DNA from: Carcharhinus longimanus
Taxonomy: Eukaryota
Reading direction: 5' to 3'
NCBI GenBank assembly: GCA_030264375.1
Contig: JASCQW010000119.1
Coordinates: 10,585,346 to 10,649,345 of the forward strand
Length of the DNA: 64,000 nucleotides
Below the pieces are notes generated by a model. It searched no databases. It was not told where the DNA came from and saw only the letters and a list, made by a program, of their open reading frames with translations. This document shows, piece after piece, positions 51,248 through 62,282 of the stretch. The position numbers and the translations under genes are program-made. The first letter of the stretch is position 1. Every line of letters begins with the position of its first letter.

Positions 51248-52426
51248 GTAAGAGCCTACGATCGTTGATTGACTAGCAGGCTTATCTGCCAATGGATACT
51301 ACAGTCAAGCGAAAGCTTGACAATCTGGACTTTGCTTACTCTTCCTTTGTCTGTGTATGTTTTATCTGGATGCTCCGTTTTCGTCAAGCAATCCAAACAT
51401 TGGAAGATTAGGCGGAATACCCATGCAAAAATGCCCGCTCACGTCCGCGGAACTGTGGATTTGATGTATTAACGCGGCGCACGCGTGGAGTTCACGGGTA
51501 GGCTGGGCTTGCGCCTGGGAAAGATGATCTGTGGGAGAAAGGGTGCAGACCTGATGAGGAAATTGACTCTTTTAGCGCTTTAGCTGTTGTATGACAGTTT
51601 TACCATATTATATCAAAGAAACGCAAACCCTGACACCAGAAATATATCAAGTGCTACAAAAATTAAGTCCTTTGACCACACTAACCAAATAGATTGAAAA
51701 TTGAAACTTTTATTTCATTCCATCTTCTTATATCATCATATTAAGTGTATATTCAAAAGGACAACATTCCCTGCAAATACCGAAACCAAGGATGAAGTGA
51801 TTCTTATAAGAAGGGCTACGTGGGGAGACCAGAGTGGAGTGGAGAATCATGCAGGTTGCCTCTCGACGTAGAAGAGGGCGCGAGAGATATAGATTTGTCC
51901 CTGAAATTGGTGTAGATGACCAGGCATAAACATGCAATGGTTCAACGAGAGAGAGTGCCGTAAATGACACGGCAGGGGAGATTTGTATGATAGGAATTAC
52001 AGAGGATGAATAAACATGGAAAGCGCGGTTGCTTGGGCTGGTCGACAATCATAATGCACCTAAAATCTGGAGCAAAAATGGAAAATGCTGGGATTCCAGA
52101 GCAGTTCCGGCAGCATCCGTGGAGAGGAAACAACGTTAACGCCTCGAGTCTGGAAGATCTTTTGTCAACATTGCTTACTTTCCTTTTTTCCAGATATATA
52201 TTAGAATGTATATATGTATATATATATATATGAGAAACGATATTTTCACAAATGGGATTTCTAATACTATCGGAGTCAAATGAATGTTGTGTAAATTCAG
52301 AACGTTTTCAACAGCAATTACTGATACGTTTTGTTCCGTCGATACCGATTGATATAGATTGATATGGATTTTTTTTCACAAATTCAGCGTTGTTTTATCA
52401 ATTCGTTCGATGCACCGTGTCTCCAG

Positions 52427-52542
52427 AACTTCAAGAACTCAAAGAAAATGGCATAGAATATGCAGAATTGACGATATTTGACTTGAGACAACATAGACAA
52501 TACGAGCAAAACCAGATTAAACTGCATTACGAGTTTTTGTGA
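52427..52542 (+). CDS. Last coding exon with ITIM-consensus motifs: (E)LQELKENGIEYAELTIFDLRQHRQYEQNQIKLHYEFL*
   Basis: gtgtctccag acceptor, phase-1 start continuing the heptad (ELQELK), IEYAEL and LHYEFL fit (I/V/L/S)xYxx(L/V), TGA at 52540-52542. Confidence 0.75.
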
Positions 52543-52642
52543 GCGATAGATTTGAGGAATATAAAACTTCTGGAGGTCCTTCTTTCTCGCACTCCCAGGA
52601 TGTGCATGGACAACAGCAGTCCAACTATATCGGGAACTCCAA

Positions 52643-52648
52643 AATAAA
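52643..52648 (+). promoter_or_regulatory. Candidate polyadenylation signal AATAAA
   Basis: 100 nt after the stop of the ITIM exon and followed by T/G-rich gttttgtattg; the hexamer is common in AT-rich DNA. Confidence 0.4.
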
Positions 52649-52859
52649 CTAGTTTTGTATTGCATAACAGGTAACGGTCCAAGATGTGATTCATGTCGAG
52701 GAAATTTCATGTTTGCAGGCAAACATTTTGATTCTCGTCGGCAGTTGCCCGAAATTAAACAAAGTCAAGCCATATTCAAATAATCGGCAAGTGGATTTGA
52801 AAAACGATTCACACAAAATGTGAATGATATTCGGTGAGAAGGCAAATCCCCTTCAAAAG

Positions 52860-54425
52860 GGCCTTGAATGAGTTGTAGGTCCTGTACCCACTTGCCTCGG
52901 CACCCTCCGCTTTCTGCACACTCTCTCTGGAGCCTGCTCTCCCACCTCCTGGCCCTCAGCGGCATCCTTCTGCCCTCCTTCCTGAGGGTCTGGTGGTGGC
53001 TCCTCGTGTGGTGTTCGTTCCACGTCCGCCACCCTCTGAGCCACAGCCGCCTCCTCCTTTTCCTTCTCCACCACCCCTGCCATCAACATGGTCTGCTCCA
53101 GGTCAAGCAAACTGGGATCCATCTGCACAGTAAGGTTTGGAAAACGCCTAGAATGACGGATTATGACCACTGACTGCACAGATCCAGCACCAGCCCAATC
53201 CCGCACTTGAGCCAGCATTCCCACTTGATGGAGCTGGCAACCCCCCTCACAGTCTATGGTGCCACGCGTTGCTCGATTATGGTTTGTAAAATACCGATCA
53301 TGACAATTGCTTGCGCGGATCATGCAGGTCAGTGTGTAGAAATTGGGAATGCCTACCCTTGAGCCATTGCCATGTATGCAACTGCAGCATCTGTTACATG
53401 CATGTGTTGCTGGTCAGCGTCACAGGGCAGGGAGACAATGCATAGAAGAACCCGATGCTTGTGCAGTGACGGCAGATTCCATGAAGTCCATGTCTGAACC
53501 TTTGCAACACGGCCTGGAGCAGCAGCTGCTTCACCCGGTTAGGCCTTAATCAGCACATGGTGTACTCCTTCCCCACCCCGGAACACCAGCACTTGTTAGA
53601 GTCCGGGATCACACTCAGTGGAAACACAATGCCACTGCAATGTGCTTACAGGGTGGGGGAGGGGAGCAGGTGCCCTCGAGGCTGCTGCGAACAGTCAGCC
53701 ACAGCCTTGTATGGAGAAGTAATGGAGGGGGAAGGGAGAGCGGGAGCCCTCGAGGCTGCTTCCCATAATCAACCTCAGCGTTGCTTGGAGAGGGGCTGGA
53801 GGGTGGCGTGGAGCGGGAGCCTTCAAGGCTGCTTCCCACAGTCAGCCTCAGCGCTGCTTGGAGGGGGGAAGGGCATGCGACGAACTTCACCAGGGAGGTG
53901 TGAGGAAATGGAAGCCTCGCCGATGCCAATCCCCCCAACATTCCCCCCCCCCCCCCCTCCCCGCCCCACTCCCACACCGAGATGTCACAAATCAATAGGC
54001 CAAAACCTGAAAGAAGCAGGAGGAAGGCTACCGGGCATATCCAGGGCCTGCAGCAACCACCCCCGTGCTCTGCGGGCAGTACTTACTTCCTCAAGTCTGT
54101 TCAAAGCTGACAGGTCAGGTTGCCACGTTTCAATACCTGTTCTGGTTCGCGCCAAAATTATAGCCATCGAAGAGTCGGGAGACGCTGACGTTGGCGGAGA
54201 TTGCAGTGTGTAATTCACTAATGACATGCAAAAGCATGTAAATTTGTGTTAAACACCGGCGCGCCGTTTTTCAGCCACTGCTCGATGACGACGTTTTTTT
54301 CTCCGGCTGAAAGATGCTCACGGACAAAAAAAAACTGGCGGGGGACCCGCGAAATGGTCAGCACGGGCATCTCCCTGCCGGATCGGACAGAAAAGTGGAG
54401 GGCGCAGACGGGAGAATCGGAGCCC
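52860..54425 (-). mobile_element. GC-rich PIF/Harbinger-like DNA transposon remnant
   Basis: Abrupt GC island; TIR-like end gggagaatcggagccc at about 54410-54425; minus-strand acidic then basic peptide (EEPPPDPQE...ERVCRKRRVPR) resembles Harbinger transposase N-termini; no intact DDE domain seen. Confidence 0.5.
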
Positions 54426-54479
54426 TCATTTCTATCCCTTACCCGCTGTAGCACTTGCTAAACGCCTGCCCACATTTCA

Positions 54480-55950
54480 TCCACTTAACTATGCAATGTT
54501 CGCCATTTCCTGATTGAGACGTCATTTGCAAGGTTAATGATACTACTGTATACAAGCAGAATATTTTCCGTGTCTGTTTTCTAATGAAGTATGTTTTAAT
54601 CTTGGGATCTTTCTTGTGCAGCTCTACTAATATTCCAGAAATAAAAATGACAGTTCAATTCATCCCCTGTTTATTATAGTTCTTTTGCAACTTTACGGTC
54701 AAAATTCTTTTCTGATAATTCAAATTTAACTTCTTTATCTTCACTATTTGATTCCTCCTTTTGTTTTAACACATGGCTTTGTGATCTTGTTACCACATAA
54801 TCGGGAAAATCCCATGATATGCACCCATTAAAAACAAAGTCCTTTCACTTTCCACTGTCTTTCCAATCGCAGGGAGCATAGCTGCCACCTGTTACCCAAT
54901 TACATTGTTACCAAATACAAACTGTATAATTAGATAACAATTTCTCCATTACTCCTACAGCCGCTTCAATATTTTTCAGTGGCCTTTCTGACCTCATCTT
55001 ATATAGTGGAACATTGCGCGGCCCATGCTGAATTTCACATATTAACACCTTTCCTGCAATATTCTTCTAAATTGCATCATTCCTCATCTCACACTATCAA
55101 AGGTTGACTTCCCCCGTATCTCTTACAAATAAACTTATTTACGTACTCCTGTGGGACGTATGAGTTAACTTTACCGAATCAGGTGAAGTGATTCAAGAGA
55201 TCTGTCACTTTCTTATCAACAAACCCCTGTCGAAGCTAACACACTTTTCATTTCTTTAACTTCAAATCGAGTTTAATATCCCGCATTGATAATCCACATT
55301 GGCTTATCCAGCTTTATGACCTCTGCCTTCCCAGTGATTTCCTTAACCCACCAATATTGCCAATTTGTTTGTCCTAATTTACTGCAGTGAAAACATCTCA
55401 CTTTAAAAAAAAATACTTACTCTTCAAGTCTCCCGTGTTTCCTTTGTTACCTGTGATGTTCATCTTCAATGTCTCCAAGAGATCGCCGTGTACTTTACCA
55501 CCTACAAATTTCACGTTTTCCCAGCTGATGCCCCAAGCATGCTGATACTGAATCTGAAATCCAATCTTTTATTTAAAAAGTAATACAACATCATCTGTAA
55601 TGTCTGCTGTTAACCTTGCAGTTTCAACGCTCTGCTCTTCCACGCGAGTCCTCACGAAGTCAAAAAGTGACTCTTTAAACTTCTCCAAAAAAAGTATTTC
55701 ACGAAAAACATATGGTCCATTTTCAATGTCCTTTCCCAACTATTTATAAACTTGTTTGATCCATTCAAATTATGTGTACATTTGACCACTTTGTTTGCTT
55801 AGATTTCTGAAGAGCGTGTCTGTGGGCTTCTGGCACTAGTTCATGTGCACATAAAACATTTTTCACCTCCTGCTAATCGACAGGTAAATCCGCTGACCGT
55901 GTTGGAAATGCATCGCTCGCTCTCCCTTCCAACTTCGTTTAAATCAATAA
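54480..55950 (-). mobile_element. Old decayed CR1-like ORF2 fragments
   Basis: aaggttgacttcccc (reverse of GxFNL), atattgccaatttg (cf. WxxANI), catcatctgtaa; heavily decayed. Confidence 0.45.
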
Positions 55951-56572
55951 TAAGCAGTGGGCTTTACCACTTCATGTGCTTAGCTACATTCGCTAACGAA
56001 ATAAAAAGAAAACTTCTACACCCTTCTCATAAAAGCTTGGCAACACTTGGAATTTAATAGATCCTCACCAGGTTTTTGATTGTGACACTGTTCCTCTTCC
56101 TCACATTCCGAATCACGTCTCCTATATTGTACTTTAACCTTAAGCTCCGTAATTTTAAATTAATGTTCACTTTTCATTGCCAGTCTGCAGAATTCAAAGC
56201 ATCTCTTTTGTTTCCAGCACCTGAAGTTCGAGCATTTTCTTTCTTTTTTTGCATTTTGTTTCTCTTTCTCTCTCTCTCTCTATGGTTTTTTTTTCTGCTA
56301 CACATGCCAACTCTTCTCTTTCTTTTGCTGATCTCTATCATTTGCTTCGAATTCAATCTGCTTGACTTTTTTTTCACATGCAAGCAGTTTTATTTTTAAT
56401 TGAACTCTAGATGTTTCCTATCATCTCGACTGTGCTTCTGGCTATGTTGACTGCTGATCAATTGCTATAATTATCTCCGTCTTCCAGCGTGCTTGTCACT
56501 TCAAAAATTGTTTTTCATTCAGTAAAGCGAGCCAGAGAGAAAGGGAGAACGAGAGAGAGAGGGATTGTGTAC

Positions 56573-56573
<1 letters not shown>

Positions 56574-56623
<50 letters not shown>

Positions 56624-56632
56624 CCATAGATA
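56574..56632. repeat. (GATA)n tetranucleotide microsatellite
   Basis: Directly visible. Confidence 0.97.
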
Positions 56633-57774
56633 GGTAGAGACAGAGAGAGAATGCTTTCTTCCACCTAAACCAACTTTTTTTGTGGAAGAGAATATTGTTT
56701 CCAGGCAGCACCTGACCTGTCAGTCATGCACTATCAAGCATTTCCAAATGAATTATAACCTTCCAGGGTTCTGTCCTAGCCCAGTTTAAAAAAACCCATA
56801 TTCATCGTTATTCTTCTGTAATAATTATAGGACCCTGGCTACTCATCTAACGGTGGCAGAATAAAACGGTAGACGCAGTTCGAAAAAATAAATAAATAAA
56901 TGTAATCATTTTTTCTTAAAAGCATAGTATCACCACACAATACTTTACAACAGTCTTCCACGAATTGGAAATTGTTAAAAGTAATTTGAAAGCTTTGCAG
57001 CAAATTTATTGTGAATTTGTGGAAATGGCGCAGATAGAGATTTAGAATACAAATCAGAAAGCTATAGATGGATGACAGAGCTGCAAGCATTATTATTTCC
57101 ACATCGTCCGAGTCAACACCTGCCAGCAAGAACAACGCTGTCCATATGTTGAGTGCAGTTCCCAAGTTTGGGAACTAGTACTGACTGACGTCTGCTTTTA
57201 ATATTGGAATTGGCAGTCACATTAGAAATTTCACTGTTCTGCTGAAGCGTTTATATATGTTATATCGGGCAAAGAGTGCCGATCCACATGACTGAATTCT
57301 GTAATTCGGTAAGAAATTTAATGCTCAACTCTGCATGGAAGTAAACATGAAAGATCAATTCCCTGAAGTTTGACTGATAAACAGCGTATCCTCATTTAGA
57401 ATAGAGTAAGTGATTAAATTCAAATAAAACACCAGCTATCTAAGAGGCCAACTAAACTGTTGACGATAGAGCATATTGCGATACCAATGCGGTTTAAGAT
57501 CAGTCAGGTGCATTCAATCTCTCTCATATTCGAGAATATCGTTTCCTGGTTCATGCGATGAGATAATTCATTTATATGGAGAATCCAGTATCGATAATAA
57601 CTCATATTTTCCAGATCATTTGAATTGGAAACGTGACCCCTGCTCTATGTCATCCAATGGCAGGCCAGACAGATTAAAACAAAGAATGTGACACCGTCAC
57701 TGTCTTCATTTCAATTAAACAAGATCTCCCGTCACTTAGAACGGCGTTTTGTACCTACACCAATGAACGTAAGC

Positions 57775-59400
57775 ACACACGAAGAACATCGATTGGGAGC
57801 AGCAATAGGCCACCAGACCCCTGGAAATTACTTTGCCACTTATTAAGATTTGTTCTTTCTTCATCGGTTCTATTCAAGAAAAAACAAACCATTTCTTCGA
57901 AAGGGAAAGTGGATTGGAATAACATTTACCACCGAATTATCTATACCGTTTCGTCTTGTACAGAGTTGCTCATGGGCCCTTCCACTGTTTGTCCTCTTTC
58001 AGTTCTATAGTATTACATTTGCAATGATATGGACTTAAAGGCTTAGAAAATCTCTTTATTTGAAAGTACATTGCAAGTTTGTAACACACCATGATGAGCT
58101 GCCAAATAGAAATACGCCTTGCTGCTGTTTTGATGTTGATAATCTCAGAGGTTCGCTTCCTGCGGAGACATTTGTTCATGCGTGTTTTGTACGGCCAGGT
58201 CGGTCCATTTCATACGTTGTTAATGAGTAGTTTCAGTTGTCCCTCCGTTCTCGTGTTCAAGTTCCAGAAGTTCATCTGAAGCAGGTCCCCAGATAATGAC
58301 TCCAGCCTCTCCACTTCCACTCCCCTATTTGTCCCTCGAATTCCACATATGCGTCGAGTCCAAATAACTTGCGATTTCCCGGCCGAGCAACAGCGCATCC
58401 ACATGTACCTTGAAAGAACAACCAATAATCTCAATCGCAGCGTTATCTGAGAGATGGAGAGTCACCACCTTGAGAAACAAACAAGTTTACCTTTGTTTAA
58501 AAACGCAACCCCTAATTTTACTTCATTGTTCCCTAGTAAAGGGACAAATACACATGATGGAATATCATTTTTCACGGCTGCTTTGGCGATCACTTTCAGG
58601 AAGTCATGCACTTCAATCTAGATGTTCTCTATCCAACTTATCTACAGGGGAAACAAGACGAGTCCGATCATTCTTTTCAGATTTCAACAAACTGCCCTTT
58701 ACAGCTATCAATTTAATATTTCTCATCTGGACCGTCTCCAGCACAGTTACATTGATCTGAATATAAAGAGGGAAACACTGCACACTTTAGTTCAGATGTG
58801 GTCTGGTCATTGCCCTCTTATAAGTGAAGCATACCTATTCCGCTCTGCGACGTCTTTTGTCTGTTCCAGAACTTAATTTCCGACTAATCTTTACTTAATT
58901 TGTAAAGTGTGCTGTGGTGCCTTCGCTTCCTTAATTTAAACCATCCATATAGTTTCGAAAATGCAGAGGGTCCAGCGCACAATCTTTTGCACCCTTATTG
59001 GCTACTTCCTGCCAATTGAAAGAAAAAGTCAATTTTTGCTTGCTCGTTTCTTTCATTTCAGCCCACAAATAACAAAAGCATGCTAAGCTATTAAACCCGC
59101 GTAATGACTTGTAATTCGTGGAATTATATTTTGATGCAATTTGACGTATGTTTTCATGAAGCTAAGCCATAGTATACAACAGTCTCTACTCCACCCCCAC
59201 GCAAGTTGTTCCTTTCTACTAAAGTAACAAATTATTCAAACGCGATTTATTTCGCAACTAAAAAACGATTCTTACAGATCATCCAAAGATGTCCGAAGTG
59301 GCCAGCAATAACTTGGTTAGAGACACCTTCCCCAAGACAGGCGATTTACAAACTCTCATTGACTTCCTTTCGTTAAGCTCCCTCTTATTTTTAGTATGAA
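57775..59400 (-). mobile_element. Decayed CR1 3' region(s)
   Basis: gaagaacat...ggagcagcaataggcca tail, aaacactgcacac...tggtc (reverse of PxLxxCVQ) and related motifs. Confidence 0.6.
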
Positions 59401-60959
59401 TGGAACATTATATCTAATTTCGATTCTAAATGAAATTTTCAGGAATACAGATAAATTAACATTAATATCCTGACGGTTTCATTTTATTCACATTTCGAGA
59501 CTTTACGGTGAATCCCGTGTTGGCCAGCATAATTGACAACTCTCAGCTCCATACGTTGGCTCAATATCGTCCATGCGATCACTGCAATTTCAGAAAGCGT
59601 CTCCGATACTTCTACCTCATGATTTCCACCGCAAAATGGTAGATTTTTTTGCATACTCTAATTTGAAGCCATAAGGAAACATGTTATGTTCGCTTTACGT
59701 CTGATGGTCTTGTTTACCCGCCATTCTATCTCTCCATCTTGAAAGAAAGTCATGAAATCCGCTTGCTCGCATCCATTCCAAATATGTAGAGGCACACTTG
59801 TTGCATTTTTTTTTATTTTCCAAACTTGCTTCCTCTCGCACAGCAATTAATGTAATTTTAATATGGCAGGTACGTCTCCGGAATGGGTGTCAGATCGCAA
59901 TTAAATACACCAATGCATCCAACTGGCATTTTCGTGACAAACTGTTCTTTATGCTTGAGCAAAATGCAAATGGTATACTGGAGGGGGAAAACCAAAATCC
60001 AGCTTGACCAAATTCGGGAAGTTGAGCTTCTTGCAATATACCAAACTGAATATATTGCCGGCTATAACCTCCTGGACAGCCACTGTTGGGCATGGGGTCC
60101 ACGCCATCAATTAATCACGGACAAATACAGGTTAAAGAATATTATTTGATTCCAAAATTATATACCGAAAATAAGGTAATTTGACCCGGCCTGTCTTCAA
60201 TGGCAACGCAGACATATGTGTTCAACATATTTACAACTGGTACATGAGAGAAGCATAGCAATGATTCATTACTTGAAAAAAATGGTCTAGATTATTAACT
60301 GCTATTTTATTTTCATGTCTAACGGTTGTTAATGCATAATCAGTGGACACTCAATGCACACGAGAGAAATCTTGATGAATTAAGTTGAACGACGGAATAC
60401 CATCTAATCAGGAGATATTTCATGCCGCTAGCAGGGAGAATATAATTCAATAATTCAATCTAACCATTTGTGTCATTTTGTACAAAGTGGCTCGCAAATA
60501 ATTCGCCTGATTCATTCGCACTTGTTCTCCAGGAGATGAAAATTGCACCTCCACGATATAGTGAATAATTTTAGTGCACCAAATGTTTGTATTTGGAAAT
60601 TACGATTTTTCCAAGAACGACTTCCCCGAGAGGCAACTAAATTAAAGTGTTCACATTTACTCAATAAAACCTGTTACCTGTGAACAGTTATTTTAATCTT
60701 GTGCCGTCCATTACGTAATCGTGTTTACTTTCAACTTCTGTTGTACATCCGTTTAATATGCAGTTTCGAATGTTTCATCAACAATGAATCTCAGACCAGT
60801 GTTTTACTGAAGAGACAACGAGGTTTTGCATTCTGGGCATAATACTGTTCTTACGATATTTTATGCTCAGCTCTGGAATTGCCACTAACGAAAGTGAGAG
60901 GGGATTGTCGTTTGCCCGACTGCAGCTGCACTGCTTTGGGGATCCTACTTCTGATTTGT

Positions 60960-61245
60960 ACCAGCTATCAATCTAATAGTTCTCACCCGGAACGTCTCCA
61001 GCATATTTGCGTTTATCTAAATTTAAGGAGGCAAACACTACACATTTTTATCCTGATGTGCTCTGATCATTGCCCTCCGATAGGTGATGCATGCTTATAC
61101 CGCTCTGCAAGGTCCTTTATCCGTTCCAGAACTTAATTTCCGATTAATCTTTACTTAAACTGTAAAGTTTGTTGTGGTGCCCTCGCTTCCACAATTTATA
61201 TCATCCATATAATTTCGAAAATGCAGAGAGCCCAGCACACAATTA
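60960..61245 (-). repeat. CR1-derived fragment closely similar to 58700-58985
   Basis: Shared cagctatcaat...cgtctccagca...gttccagaacttaatttccga...tttcgaaaatgcagag. Confidence 0.8.
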
Positions 61246-61583
61246 CAGTGCAAAAAACACAATTCCATTATTCCAGGTCATGAAGCTCGTAATACAAGTC
61301 GTTTTTTGTTAATAGCGATGCTGATGCAACAAGCAGTCCTGCCGCCTTCCAATTGCATTGTTTAATCCGTTGTCCATTCAGCTGGGCCCAATCGATCCCT
61401 CGACACAAAATAAAAGATGAACATAGGTTTCTTCCGCCAAGCGGCGATAATGTAATTGCGCAATTCAACGAAGCCGAAATTGATTTTATGCTTCTTAATT
61501 CCTGTTTGAGTTATTTGATTTCCTGGTCTGCAAATTGGAATTTTGTTTTAACTTTACAGTAGAAAAATACAACTCATTTTTAG

Positions 61584-61623
61584 ATAAAGTACTTTGAAAA
61601 TCTGAAGCCTGAAGACAACAGAA
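61584..61623 (+). pseudogene. Frameshifted pseudo-exon related to the 62256 exon
   Basis: tttttag|ATAAAGTACTT(T)GAAAATCTGAAGCCTGAAGACAACAGAA|gtgaaa; 40 nt; removing one T gives DKVLENLKPEDNR vs DEVLPEDNK. Confidence 0.35.
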
Positions 61624-62255
61624 GTGAAAAAGGCATTATAGGAATTTTTCATGTCATTTTCAATGTTTTATCATATCACTAAGTGTCTTTTTTTATCAAG
61701 CCAGGGAGTGTAAGATTGGGACAATTGTAACTGGAAAGAACAACAACAGCTTCCTGCTTGCAGCCATGTCAAAGCAACATGGTAACACTCAATAGGATAT
61801 TTTGTTGATGTTGCTTCAGGGATATATTTTGGCTGAAAACAGCCTGTTGCAATATCTTAAATCAGTGTCACTAAAAGTAATGCTTTAAATTTGGTGATAT
61901 ATGTGAGCCATGGATGTAATGCTTATGCATGACTATGTCACATCGGATGATGCGTAAAATCCTTATTTTCTCGACAGCTCTTTAAACCTAGTTGTTATTT
62001 TCAGTTCACTGCTTTAGGAATTAAAACTGAAATGTTCACACTCGGAGGCAAATGTTTCCTATCTCAGCTCAGCTGACAATGAAGTCCGATGTATGCATCA
62101 CACTTCCCCGTTACATTGATTCTGCAATGGGACCTCCAGAATCAAAACAAAAACAAAGCAAATTGGACATGGAGTGCGAAACGGTGTTTCAGGGAAAACG
62201 TAGCTTGTTCTCCTTCCTGCTATCAATCATTGTAATCTCGTTTTGTGCTCAACAG

Positions 62256-62282
62256 ATGAAGTGCTGCCTGAAGATAACAAAG
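62256..62282 (+). CDS. 27-nt phase 1-1 micro-exon, (D)EVLPEDNK
   Basis: ttttgtgctcaacag|ATGAAGTGCTGCCTGAAGATAACAAAG|gtgggt; Leu at position 4 as in the rest of the 27-nt class. Confidence 0.5.

Larger units (their letters stand above)
49252..52404 (+). repeat. Segmental duplication block C, copy 2
   Basis: Paralog of 29545-33207. Confidence 0.97.

Noticed and set aside
53557-54213. 218-aa ORF, the longest gap-free ORF
   Set aside because: Lies in a GC-rich transposon-like island where stops are rare; no domain signature.
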